Shown: positions 12,485-25,760 of the stretch, in pieces
Position numbering within the stretch: position 1 is the stretch's first letter
Layout: the number at the start of each line of letters is the position of its first letter
Source: Salpingoeca rosetta
Taxonomy: Eukaryota; Protista; Choanoflagellata
Direction of reading: 5' to 3'
DNA: 64,000 nt
Assembly: GCA_033442325.1 (NCBI GenBank)
Contig: JAWQFM010000009.1
Coordinates: 1,802,006 to 1,866,005 of the forward strand
Translations under genes and position numbers: made by a program
Notes under the pieces: generated by a model
Told to the model about the DNA's origin: nothing
The model's database searches: none
What the model saw: only the letters and a program-made list of their open reading frames with translations

Positions 12485-14847
12485 GCGCGACAAATGGACC
12501 GCGTGGGACGCGAAGTGGCGGTACGACGTCGCCGACATCGCTGTCAACATCCGAAGGAAACCGCCCCCGCAGCCGCACATTCACGGCAGAGACGAGCGCC
12601 ATGTCCGTGTCCGCAGATGCCCGGATGTCAGGCGACAGCAAATCGCAGCTGCCGCAGCACAAGGAGAAGGATGAGGGGAAGGACGAGAAGAAGACCGCTG
12701 GCGGTGATGGGGACGACGGGGAGCGGCGCAGGGCGTCCTCGTCATCGTCCGCATCGTCGCGCCTTCGTACTATGCGCAAGCGCATCGTGTCTGCACTTGA
12801 GAAGACCCCGCATTACAGCCGCAGCACAGAGGCCGTGGAGAACAAGCGGCGCACAGAGCGGGAGTTCAGCGGCCTGCCGATGACGCTTCGCATGGCACGG
12901 CGACCCCGCCGCAAGCCAACCACCGTAGTCACCGAGATTGTGGAGGAGAAGCAGTCGCCAGGGACGCGCCCCACGGTGCTGCGAAACACGCACACCATCA
13001 CGGGCCACGAGGATCAGGTGTTGTGCTTGGCGGCCTGCGGCAACAAGCTTGTGACCGGGTCAAAGGACCGCACGGCGCGCGTGTGGGATTTGGAGGTCGG
13101 CGCATTGCAACAGACGCTTGCAGGGCACGAGGCGCCCGTGAGAACGCTGGCGTGTCTGGACACGCACTTCCTGACCGTGTGCCGGAACGTGGTGCGGGTG
13201 TGGGATGTGCGCACGTGTGAGGACATGGATCGCTTCACGGTGAAGAAGGACACAATCCAGGATATCCAGGTCAGCCCTGATGGCACGTACCTGTTTGCCG
13301 CCTCCAACCGCTCGCTCCGCATCTGGGACCTGCGCATGAAGCGCGAGGTGAAGAACTTTGCGCACCGAGGAAAGATTGAGACGCTTCGCCTGAACGACGA
13401 CGGCACCCGTCTGGCCCTCACCACCATTGACCACAAGGTCCGCGTCTTCGACGTCCCCGATCTTCCCGGCGGCACTCTCACATACCAGGTGCGCTTGCAG
13501 CTGTATGTTGGTTGGTCTTGGTTTGTTTGGCTGGTTTGGGTTGTGATTGGGCGCAAGTTTTGGCCTTGCTTTGTTCGTTTTCCGTCTTTGTTTGATTGGC
13601 TTTTGTTTTGTGTGCATGGTCGTTTGATTCGGTGCAAATCCTCCACCATCACCTGCCCAGCCCATCTCCTCTAACACCAATGCTTTCTGTGCCCTGTCCT
13701 TTTCCTGTTCCCCTTCTCTCCCCAGGCGCTCGAGCCGCCACACTACGACCGCGTGCATGCGCTGACATTCGCTGGCGAACACATCTTCAGTGGCTCCGAC
13801 GACTGCAGGTAATGGAGCAATGATCATGATGATGATCATCATGATCATGATGGTGATGATCATGATGGTGCCATGTCGACCCACTCTTGAGCTGGTCTTT
13901 AGTCAAGAGTCGCAACCACACGTGGTTGCACCATAGAATGGCAACAGTTGTTTGACAATGAAATCACCCCTGCTTCCTCACCCACGCGCCCTCCTGGTTT
14001 CGTGTTTGCACTTGAACCTGTTGCAGCATCAAGAAGTGGTCGATGAATGATGTTGGCTGGGTGAACCGGCAGACGACCACGGGTGCCCACAGCAGCACCG
14101 CCGTCTCTGCCCTCTGCGCCCTCCCTGGCAACCAGTTCCTCGCCAGCGGCTCTGCAAAGGGCGGTATGAAGGTGCGTGCACACATCAGCATGTACTGATG
14201 TGTTACGTGGCCTTCATGCGCTTGTGTGTGCGTGTTTGTGTAGTATTTGTGTACGTCATTTCTGTTTTTGCTTGTTCTTCCATGACGACCCCGTGGCAAC
14301 TCGTGTGTTGTTCTCATTTCCAACACCTCGCGCTCCTCCAATGACGCGTGTCGTGGTTCAGGTGTGGCGGGCGGACCGGCTGTCTGCGGTTGAGGACCAC
14401 GGCCGCCACGACGACGCAATCACGGCGCTGCTCTGCCACAACGACTCCCTCTTCTCCGCATCCGCAGACAAGACCGTCAAGGTCTGGGGCCTCAACATGC
14501 CATCTGTATCTGATTTGGCGGCGCCGGGCGATGCAAACGCAACATTTGATATCGCTGCAAGCAGAGGCGACGGCAACTGTGACGACGACGAGGAGGAGGA
14601 GCCCACGCTGAACGAGACGCGACCTGTCACGCCAACCATGGAGGATGTGCCGACGATCGACACTCCAACGGCAGCGTCCGATGGCGCAAGCTTGAGCAGT
14701 GGCACGTTTGATGCACTCATGCCAATGCGAGCACAGCAACAGCAGCAACGACAGCAAGGAGAAACGAACACGCGTCCGGACGCTAGCGACACCAATGCTG
14801 TGTCGCAACGCATTCTCAAGCATTCTCGCTATCAAGTTGAACTGTAG
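6316..14847 (+). CDS. KIF21: Kinesin-4 family motor with C-terminal WD40 repeats (KIF21-like), multi-exon
   Basis: Motor motifs [13 protein letters not shown]|[22 protein letters not shown]|[32 protein letters not shown] and [12 protein letters not shown]. Then a long coiled coil with an acidic insert and WD40 repeats ([20 protein letters not shown]; [20 protein letters not shown]). Stop after YQVEL. Confidence 0.93.
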
Positions 14848-15198
14848 ATAATTTATGCGTACATGCCGGCTATTCATGTGCGTGTGATATTCACACTTGT
14901 GTGTGTGTGTGTTGCATGCTTTACTTTCACGCGAACCTGCGGCCTTTGTTTGCACGCACAGTCGTTCTTGTCTTCATTCTACCATTCTGCTTGACTTCAC
15001 ATCCATGTTGATAGGCGAGTTTCACCCTTTTCACCACACATGCACGACAAGTTCTCTCTTCCCCTCAGCACCCCTTTTGTTTGGTTCATTGAGCGTCATG
15101 GCGAAGAAGTTTAAACAAGAAAGCTTTGCCCAAGAACGTTCTCACCCGTGTTTTAAAAGACAAAGGGAAAGGCGACTGAAGGTGGCGCGTTGTAAATT

Positions 15199-15247
15199 GT
15201 CCGAGACCGGCAGCGAGTGGTCGGATGACGAGGACTGGAGCGACTGA
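15199..15247 (+). pseudogene. Orphan duplicated 3' fragment of WAVE (SETGSEWSDDEDWSD*), followed by a copy of the WAVE 3' flank
   Basis: Exact reverse complement of 3215-3263. The sequence upstream of it is unrelated to WAVE. Confidence 0.85.
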
Positions 15248-18200
15248 GGCCTTGGGTTGTTCCGTCTGTCTTGATGTGTTTGTGTGAGTGTGTGTGTGTG
15301 TGTGCTCGTTGGCGTGTTTACATGTCTACACGTGTGCTACAAGTTGCTGTGTACGACATGCAAACGATTCATTCCGTGGTTTTGTGCTTGTGCTTGTGCG
15401 TGCGTGTGTGTGTGTTCCTGAACAAGTGTGTCTTTCAGTGATTGTGCGCTTCCGTTTGCACATCCATTTTTCCTCGTCCTCCTCAAGCACCACCGCCGCT
15501 GCTGTTCCTCATGTCAATCGAGCGGATATTGCATTACACCGATTTCATGGTCCACAGATACACATGAATACAGGCGACTGAGAGACTGGAGAGGGAGAGA
15601 GAGAGAGACTCGACAGAGACTGACACAGCGCTGAGAGAGGTCAACACACAAGGCACAAAGAGCGGGAGAAGCACACACATAGAGATATGTACGGAAACCG
15701 AACAAGCCAGCACTCTTGCAACACATCGGAGACCACCGTCCATGAAAGCGCTTCACACGCACACACACACTTATGCACACACACACACACTTATGCGCGC
15801 ACACACACACACACACACAAGGAAAACAGAGGACAGAGACGCAACCAAAGACACGCATCTCACAGCACGCAAAGCACAGCCATGGAGAAGAATGGGTGGG
15901 ATCGCACGCAACAACACAGCACACACAAAGCGTCGGCACCGCAATATCGACACTGTGTTGGCAGGATGCAGGCAGAGCCACATCTTCACTTGAACTCGTG
16001 CTGGGACTCGCTCGCACGCATCTCCTCTGTCGGCAGCGGCATGTCGAACCCGTCCTTGCCGTTGAGCCAGTATGTTGTCATGATGCCACGGCCCTGAGAT
16101 GAAAACCAAGAAACAATACAACATGGGGCGGGGGCAAACGAAGGTGTTGTATGTGAACAAACATGCTTATCCGCAGCCAAAAGAGCACAACACCAACACT
16201 GCATGTGTACGAACACGCACACAAAACACAAGCACACACACACACACAAGAGCACACACACACGCATACACACTGAACACAAACATGCACACCACACACA
16301 CTAATCACTTACACACACACCACACACACTGATCACTTACAGACACACACACACACACACACCACACACACTGATCACTTACACACACACACATGCGCAC
16401 CTTGACTTGGCGCTCGCCGCGGGTCTCGAGGTGGTAGCCGCCAAGGCGCTCCAGGATCTTGGCGGTGCTGTCGCTCAGGTGAATGCGAAGCGCTGCAGCG
16501 ATATTCATGGTTGATTTAGGGCGAGTGATGTTGGTGGTTGATTCAGAGCAGGTCGATGAGTGGGTGAGCGGGGTGAATGGTGGGTGATGGTTTGAAGAAC
16601 ACATGAAGGACTGGTGGCGTATCATGGCCTGAGGCAAACACGCTTGACAATGATCATGCGCAACAGAAGCGCACGCGCAATCACACACACACACACACAG
16701 CGACTGACCAAAGCCGCCAGACTCCATGCGCGAGGCAATGTTGACGGTGTCGCCAAAGAGGCAGTAGCGCGGCATCTTGGTGCCAACAACACCAGCAACG
16801 GCAGGGCCAGAGTGCAGACCAATGCGCAGCTGCATGCGCTCGTGCGGCAGGTGGCGGATACGGTGCTTGGTGATGGCACTCAGCATGTGCAGTGCCATGG
16901 AAGCAATCTCGCCGGCGTGCTGGTCGCCGTTGCGCACAGGAAGGCCAGACACAACCATGTCTGACACACACACACAGACACACAGGAGGTTGATCAAGGT
17001 GTGCGGTGAGTTGGTTGTGAGGAGTGGTGGGCGTGTGGAGCAGAGGGGACCAAGACTTTCAGAACAAACACACAAGCAAACACACAAGCAATACAAACAA
17101 GCACACACACACACGAGCAACACAGCAACCAAGGCTCAACGTATACACACACACACACACAAGCAACACAAGCACACACACACACAACGGCCAACTCACA
17201 GGCGTCGCCAATGGTCTCCACTTTGTAGACATCGTAGTCCTCGATGATCGTGTCGAAGAGCGTGTACAGGTCATTCAGCATGTCAACCACCTGTTGCGCA
17301 TCACAGCGGTGTTGTTGTGTTGTGGCGTGTTGGTCGTTTGAGTGAGACAATGAAGCAATCGAATCAACCACCAAGCGCAGCGCACAGCGTGCTTCTCTTC
17401 CTTCCTCATCACACCCCTTATTTACACAACCCCCCCCCCAACACCCCACGAGCGCACCTGCAGTGGCGTGCTCTGCGAGCAGATGCGCGTGAAGCCGACG
17501 ATGTCGGAAAAGAAGATGGTGACGTTGTCGAAGCTCTCGGCCTTGACGTTCTTGCCAACCTTCAGGTCCTCCACAATCTGCTTCGGCAGCATGCGGCACA
17601 CAAGCTCCTCCACCTTCTCCTTCTCCGCAGCCAGCTCCTTGGTCCGCTCGCTCACAATGCCCTCGAGGTTCTGCGAGTACTTCTCCAGCTGCGTGAACAT
17701 GAGGAGGTGTGGTGAGGTGTGAAGATGAGAAGGGATGGCGGTGTGTGAACATGGTCACAAATGAACAGGTGCACAGATGAAAAGATGGACGGAGACAGCC
17801 CAAAGCAGTGTGTGTGTGCGTGTGTGTGTGGAAGATGGCAAACAGGCATGAAAAAACAGCGTGAAGAAAAATGCCGCACACGTGTTGTGCCATGGCATCA
17901 CGCCCTAAACACACACACGCACACACAAAAGTAGATACACACACAAACAAAGCACACACACACACACACAAACAAACAAAGTACACCCACACACACAAAC
18001 AAAAGTACATGCATGCACACACACGCTCCCTCTCCTCCCCCCACCCCAACACGCACCATTGAGATGAGGTTGTCGACCATGCTGCCCTCTGTTGGGTGCA
18101 GGGCGTCGAGGCGTTGGCAGATCTCACGGAACGCGGGCCGCTGCGCAGGGTCCGGGTGCCAGCACTGCTCCATCAGCTCCTTCAGGCCCTGTGGTGTGTC

Positions 18201-18941
18201 CTCCGCAACCGTCGGGCGAACAAGCGAGCCGTCAGTGCCGTCCTTGGGCGATGTCCACGCAGACTTGACCTGGATTGGCTTTGGTGCAACCTGGTTGTGC
18301 CTCGCAGGCAGCGGCTGCACAAGCGCCTGCTGGTTGGCGCTGGCAGAGACACTGGCAATCACTTCCTCCATCGACAGCGCAAAGTCGTCGTACGGCTGCT
18401 CGCGCGTCCACACCTCGTTCATCATCACGCCAAAGCTGTTGTGGGGATTCGAGCGTTGGCGGGGGGAGGGGCGATGGAGCAAGCATGCATATCAGATGAG
18501 GGTGTTGAATGAGCCGAGAAGACTGTGGCAGTGCCACAACCACATCTGTACACAACCGCAGCCCTCCTCTTCTCCTCTTCCTTTGAGCTCAATCCCTTTC
18601 CCCATTCACACACACACACACACATCTCACTGCCACCGACTGCACCTGTAGACGTCGCCTTGCTGGGTTCCCTCAAGGATGTCGTCAATGGCAGACACGC
18701 CCGAGAGCAGCTCCGGCGCTGTCCAGCGAAGCGTCGACGCCCCGTTCATCGCCGCTTCCTCGTCCTTCTGCTGATGCGCCTGCAACTGCCGCAGGCCATA
18801 GTCTACCGTGACGATGCATGGGAGTGGTGATGAGTGGTGATGATGGTGGAGGAGGTGTAAGATATGAGTTGTGGTGAAATCAGCAACCCAATGCAAGCAA
18901 GCAAAAGCAGACAAGCGCAAACACACTTCGCAACAGCTACA
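15199..18941. repeat. Right arm of inverted segmental duplication
   Basis: Reverse complement of 1-3263 (see left arm). Confidence 0.95.
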
Positions 18942-21900
18942 GCTCACACAACAGCTACAGCTCACACAACAGCTACAGCTCACACAACAGCTACAGCCAT
19001 CACGCTCGACCACACACACACACAACACACACACACACACATCCCCACGCACACACACACCTCCAATCTTGACGGTCCAGCGGTTGTCAATGAAACACGT
19101 GGCAGAACGAAGACGACCGTGCGCCTTGAAGACAGAGCCATGCAGGAAGTGCATCCCGGCAGCAACCTCCTTCAGAATGTGGTACTTGAAGTTCACATCG
19201 AGCTTCACATCCAGGTTGCTCACGACGTCGTCAAGAGAGCCCTTCTGCGCGTAGTCGTACAGGATGGCCACGTTCGGCTCGTCCAGGCACGCACCAACAA
19301 ACCGAAGCAGGTTGGAGTGGTGCACCTCACGCACATCGCGAATCTCCTCTCGCAGCCCATCCGACAGCTCCACCGTCGGCTTGTTCACCCGCACAATCTG
19401 CACAAGCTCGCCGCGGTACTTGCCAATGCGCTCCGCAGCCCGGAAGTTGGCCTGCCCAATCTGCCGCGTCGACATGGTGCTCTGGAACATCATCGACTCC
19501 ACCTTCTGGCTCACCTCAAGGTCCGCCGTGTGCAGCTTCACGTCCTGCCACTGCACCTTCCAGTCCGTGTTTGCCAGCAGCGCGCGCCGCTTGGCCAGGC
19601 GCAGGAACCAGCGCACGCCCAGCGCAACCAGCCCGATCAGCACCAGGCCCGCAACAAAGCCCGGCACAGCAACAGCGGCAACGCGCAGGTCGCAGTTGGT
19701 GCCCATCCACCCGCCGTCGCACGACTTGCACGTGCCGCTGCCAGACGCCCCGTCGTCGCACACGCCGTTCTTGCACGTGCACGCGTTGGCGCACGTCGGC
19801 CCAAAGTACCCGGCCGTGCACGTGCACTCGCCGCTGCCGGTTGCGCCGTCGCTGCATGTCGCGTTGTTCAGGCACATGCACGCGGAGCTGCAGTCCCGCC
19901 CGTAGTAGCCCGGGTCGCACGCGCACGTGTCTGGCAGCGTGCACTGGCCGTGGGCTGGCGAGCACCCGTACGTGCTGCAGATGGCCACGTCGCAAATCTC
20001 GCCCTCCCACCCGGGGTCGCACACGCACACGGAGTCGCCGTTGACGTACTGGCACTCGCCGCTGCGGCACGCGCGCAGGCAGTTGGGCACGCTGCACTGC
20101 TCGCCCGTGAACGCCGCACGCGACCCGTCCGCCGTCAGGATGCACTCGCACTCGTCCGGCCCAACGCACGTGCCGTAGTGGTAGTGGTACGCAGACTCGG
20201 ACGCGTTGATCAACCCGCCGCCGCACCCGCCGCCGCACGTGTGCGTGACGGGCACCAGGTCGGTGAAGTTGTACAGCGTGATGCCGGCGCCGAGGTCGTC
20301 GCCCGTCAGGAAGCGGCGGCGCGTCAGCGTGGCGGCGGGGCTGTAGGTCGGCCAGTCGCTGCGCACGCGTGTGCGCGGATCAACAAAGCGCGTCTCCACC
20401 ACGTCGGCGTCGTTGGTCTTCATGTCGATGGCGGTGGTGATGGACCAGGGGTTGAACTCCTCGCCGGCGGCCTCCTGCTGCTGCTTCAGCTGCCGCAGAT
20501 CCATGTCCTCCAGCTGCGCCCACACGCCCGTGAAGCCAATGCGGTCCAGGTTCTCGTTGAAGTTGATGGCCGACCCAGAGTGGATGGGCAGGTTGTAGAT
20601 CCAGCCAACCAGGTTGTTGCACGCCTCCGTGGTGGACGTGATCTTGAAGTCGATCATGGCCACCAGCCCAAACCCGTGGAACCACGCCACATCCAGCGCC
20701 AGCACCACCTCGGAGAACGTCCACATGTTCAGCTTGTTGATGTCAAAGTCGCGGTCCCCGACCCAGAACGGGTCCATGCCGCCCAGCTCCTTGCGCAGCA
20801 GAAAGTCCGAGAACGCCGCCGCCTGGAAGGCCTGCGCCCCGCGCCCAAGACCGTACATCGGCGTCAGGAACTGCGCGCCCGCCAGGTGGATGTGCGGGTC
20901 CGGCAGCGTGAGCAGGTCCAGCGTCTGCAGCGTGGGCTCCGTGCCAACCCACTGGTACCCGTGCGACGCGTCCACCTCCGCCTCGACAAAGTCCGTGAAG
21001 AGCCGCTGCGCCATCTTGTCCCGCACGTTTGTCAGGATGACCTTGTACCCGGTGTCCTTGATCTCGCGCAGGTACGGCATGAGCGACCCGCCGCTCTCCA
21101 CCACGGCGTCGGGGATCTTCACGTCCGCAACCACGTCGATGCCGGCCTGCCGCAGCGACCGGTAGAACGCGTCTGTGAACGTCGTGCTCTCGCGGCTGTG
21201 CACCACAATGATCTTGCGCCACATCTTGTTTGCCATGCTGTCGACCAGGGCCTTGTAGTACATCTCCTCGCCAAAGCCAAAGCGCCAGATGTTGGGGAAG
21301 CGCCGCCGGTTCCGCAGGTCTTCCGTCGATCCAAAGAACGTAAACGCGCAAAAGTCCTGAAAGGGGGAGGGAGGGGGAGAGGGAGAGGGTAGTGAGTGAG
21401 TGAGGACGTTAGTGAGGGAATGGGGGCATTTGTGCATTTGGGTTGTTGTTTGTGTGTCTTTGAGTGTGCTTGTGGATGTTTGCTGTTGGTGCGCACTCGT
21501 GTGCATGTTTGTTGCTTGGCGTGATTGAAACAAGCAAGGGTGGCCAGCAATGTGGACGTACGGATGCTGTGTGCGAGATCCACTGCGCGACTGTCTCGGC
21601 ATGCTCCTTCCTGAAGGGCCCGTTGAACATGCGGATGCGGTGGGTGTTGCGCGCCTCGTCAAGCGCCTGGTTCAAGACGGGCATGTGTGTGCATTTTATG
21701 TGTGTGGTTGTGTGTGTGTGCGTGTGTTTGTATTGCTGTTGTGAGAAGGCGCTCAATCGCATTGCAAACACCACAACATCAGTGCACAAGTCACAACGTT
21801 ACGAGGAAGCACGCAACAAAACTTTTCATGCGCGCACACACATACAGGTGCATACATCAACACACACACACACACACACACACACACCACACACGCAAAG

Positions 21901-24900
21901 CCACCAAACAGAAGCAGAAGCAGAAGTAGAAGCAAACTCACGGCGAGGACTTCGAGCTCAGTGCCGCGGGTGTCGATGTAGTGGACATCGATGCGAGAGT
22001 CGGTGTGGCCAAACGTGCGATCGGCAGGGCCTTTGCCGTTGAAGCCAAGCACGGGCTGCTCAAAGAACATGCGCAGCGCGCGCGTGTCGACGTTGAAGGG
22101 GCTGGTGGAGGCCTCGATGGGAAGCATGATGCCAAACGGAATGTCGGCTGTAACAAGATCGTGGTGGTTGTGGTGGTGATGGAATGAGTGAGTGGTGTGA
22201 GTGGAGTGAGTGGAGTGAGTGGAGTGGAGGGCGGTTTGGACAAGGCGAGGAAAAGGAAGCAACACGCGGAGAACACAACGCAAACCCACGCATATATCAT
22301 GTGTTGCACGCCTGCCAAATGCACACATACATGCTGCGAAACACACTCCACACACACACACACACATTCACCCCCACATTCACACAATGAACACACACAC
22401 ACACCAACATTCACACAACACACACACACACAGACCCACACACACACAACGAACACAGACCCACACACACACCCTGGACGACGAATGGGATGGTGACGGC
22501 GCGAAGAAAAGCGCCCTTGGTGGTGGTGGCGGTAAACTCAAGAGCAACGTGGTCCACGGGCTCACACACGCCGTGCTTGAACTTGACCCGCCCATGCGCC
22601 AGCGTGATGGTGTCGCTGACCGCCGGGTCGCACAGCTGCGCCGTGCCGGCAACATCAGAGACGTTGGCAGAGTTGAGGGCCAGTGCAGCAACGGAGACGT
22701 CCAGGAACGCGTCTGGCCCGTCCACAACGTGCTTGCCCTCTGTGTCGTACAGCTCCAGGTGCAGCGGGTGCCACATGGGAAAGGTGATGACCTCCGGCAT
22801 GTCGTCCAGGGGCTTTGCCCACGAAATGCGCAGCTCGCTTGCATCACGGCCCGTGACGTTGAAGGGCGCTGAGACGAGGACGCCCGGGCCCGTGTCGCCG
22901 GTGACGTTGAGGGTGTAGCCGGACTGCAGGCACCACGCGCGCCGGCGCTCGTCCTCCACCAGATCGCACGACAGGCCCATCTCGGACGTGCCAATGTCGC
23001 GCATGAAGAGCATGGCGTGTGTCTCGTAGCCCTCGTACACGGACGGGTACAGGTCGCGGACGGGCCGGAACTCCTCGTCCGTGACATACTGCGACTGCTC
23101 CTCCGGCGGGCGCGACTTGAACAGCGTGTACTGCGTCAGCGGCGGCAGCTCGGGGAAGCCCATGCCCGCGCGCGAGTACGGCTCGGGGTTCTGCACGTCG
23201 TGGGTGGTCAGGTCAAGGTAGTATGGCTCGCCGCCAGGGTGGGTGATGGTGAAGTTGAGGCGCAGGTTGTGCACGGCCTTCTTGAAGTGGATGCCCTCGA
23301 AGACAGCGCCGTAGTAGCCGCTCGGCAGCAGCGACGCGCGCTTGCGCACAGCGAGGTCGTCGGTGAAGATGGTGGTGACCCCGGGCCCGTGCAGCTCAAC
23401 CTCGGAGTACAGCAGGCGCGCGCTGTTCATGCCATTGACAGAGATGTTTGCCGGCGGGTCCGCAGCAACAATCTTCCGGTCCTGTTTGGTTTGACGGGGG
23501 GGGGGGTGGATTGTGAGGCGGGGTGTGGATTGAATGTGTATGTGTGTGTGAGCGTGTATGTGTGTGTGAGCGTGTGCGTGTATGTGTGTGTGCACATCAG
23601 CTGGAGGGAACGAAGAGAAGACGGGCGGAGCAAATGGACAGATAGCTACACACACACACACACACAACACACGCACCCATGCGACGCTGAGCTGGATGTC
23701 GACGTCTGTGTCTGCGCCGTGGAGGAGCGGGATTGGGGTCGGGTTGCCGTCGGCGTCGCGCTGTTGGTAGTTGAGCGACATCAGCCGCACCTAGCCATGA
23801 TGAATACAAAGATGGGGGGATGGAGTTGTGTGAGCTGTGTGGTGGGACAGGCCAACGAGTTGCTTGAAGAGGGAGTACGGACGCGGACACGGACATGAAC
23901 ACAGATACACGTGCACACATGCACACGAACATGTGTACGCACACACACACACGCACATGTGTACGCACACACACACACACGCACACACACACACGCACAC
24001 ACGCACGCACGCACACACGCACACACACACACACACCGTGCACGCGTACACTCAACCACAGCGATACCTCGATGGGAGGAAGCGGCTCGTCTGTCTTGAC
24101 GGAAGTCGGCAACGGCGCCGCCAACTCAAGGTACTCAACGCGATCTGAAATTGGGAGGCGGGTGGAAGGGAGCCGATGTTGGTTGGTGTGTTGTTGTGTG
24201 CACATAATCAGACAATTGGCAGCAACAATGGCACACGTACAAACAAGCACACCACAGCACGCACAACACAGCAACACACACGTGCTCATGCACGCACAGC
24301 ACAAGGGCATGCACGCATACATGCACTCACACCACACGCCAGCACAAACGCATCAGACAGACAGACAAACGTGCAAGCAAGCTGTGTCAACTCACGGAAG
24401 ACGTGGTACGGGTTGCTGACGATGGCGGAGGCCTTGGTCGGGTCCGAGGTTGCGGCGCGCCAGATGCTCTTGCAGCACGCGCCGTTGATGAGCACATCCT
24501 GCCCGCCAACGTAGGGGTACCCCGTGGTGGCGTTCTCCACAAACACGGTGGGCGTTGTGGCGAAGAAGGGCGGGAACGTGGCGACGCCGCCGACCGCGCG
24601 TGTCTCGTAGGGGTCCTGGCGGATGGTGCGGTGGTCCTCCTGGTACGGGTGCTCGCTGCCAGACGTGGCATACAGCATCTGGCTGCCTGCGTCTGTGATT
24701 GCGTTTGCCACGGGCGTCTCATCGGGGAAGATGACGCCGCCAAGGAAGGCCGACTCCGCGAAGAGCGTCACAGCGAGCTCGGAGTCTGGCCCAGAGGTCA
24801 CCAGGTTGCCGTTGTCGTCCTCAATGCGCACCTTGATTGGGCGCAGGATGTGGGAGAGGACGGGCCGGTTGTATGCGCGGTAGCGGCGCGGGTTTGCTGT

Positions 24901-25382
24901 GGCCTCCGCCACAGACGGCGGGCTGTAGTCCGGGTCGAAGCGGAGCCGGAGCGCATTGGTTGCTGGCGATGGTGAGGTGTGCAGTGGCGATGGTGAGGTG
25001 TGCAGTGGCGATGGTGAGGCAGGTGAGATTGAGAAGTGTTGCTTGGGTGTTGGGTTGAAGTGCAGGGGCAAGGAAGGGGATGTTGTGGTGGAATACAGGC
25101 AACACTTGTTGCGTTTGGAGTTGTCGTGCAGGGGTAGGTTGAAGCGCAGGGGCAAGGAAGGGGATGTTGTGGTGGAATACAGGCAACACTCGTTGCGTTT
25201 GGAGGTGTCGTGCAGGGGTAGCTGCAGGCAAACACGCACGGCAAAGCAGGAGGGCAGGAAGACAGGGACACTGCATCAGCACTCCTCCTCCTCCTTCTCC
25301 AAGACGCACCTGTGAAGCCCAAGACAAGCGTGGCAAGCACTGCCCAGGCAACCAGGCGAAGATGGCTTCGTGCAGAAGCCAT
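15986..25382 (-). CDS. Single-pass receptor guanylyl cyclase (~15 exons): signal peptide, Ig-like repeats, Venus-flytrap domain, EGF repeats, TM, kinase-homology domain, cyclase
   Basis: Signal peptide [24 protein letters not shown]; VFT-like [27 protein letters not shown]; ~6 EGF-like Cys repeats; [28 protein letters not shown]; pseudokinase [20 protein letters not shown]|DYG; catalytic [16 protein letters not shown]|[33 protein letters not shown]. The Glu and Cys specificity residues indicate GTP. Stop after HEFK. Confidence 0.93.
25053..25220. repeat. 84-bp direct tandem duplication in cyclase intron 1 (adjacent ~3x 21-bp repeat at ~24964-25020)
   Basis: ggttgaag..ggggta occurs at 25053 and 25137 with a few substitutions. 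tggcgatggtgaggtgtgcag is repeated just upstream. Confidence 0.85.
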
Positions 25383-25726
25383 GGTGGGTCGGCTAACGAA
25401 GGATAGGCCTGGTATCCGACGTGTCTGCGACTGCTGATCTGTGTATGTCTCTGTGCGGCAGTGGTGGCTGTTGGGGGTGACAGACTTTGCTGTGTGATCT
25501 GCAGCTGAAGCGTGTCAGCAGTGAAATGACAATGGTGGCGGGTGCAGCTCCGGGTGGCGATGTGCTGCTGTGTGTGCGACGCGAAAATGCTGCCTCACAT
25601 GCACTTCAACAGCCAGCAGTGTCCCCTCAGCGTGACAGTGCAAACAAATGGGGGTGAAGTGGGGTTGAGGAAGAGCAGCAGGATCGGCACCTTGCCTGTG
25701 TGTGTGTGTGTGTGTGCGTAAGTGTG

Positions 25727-25760
<34 letters not shown>

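Noticed and set aside
3263-15199. Inverted arms as terminal inverted repeats of a giant transposon
   Set aside because: The arms consist of host gene exons and introns. No transposase is seen, and the outer ends or target duplication are not visible.
18864-21392. 842-aa plus-strand ORF
   Set aside because: Antisense shadow of the large GC-rich cyclase exon, with no recognisable motifs.
24964-25220. Short direct repeats as a possible CRISPR array or transposon end
   Set aside because: Head-to-tail copies without unique spacers in a eukaryotic intron, and no cas or transposase gene in the window.
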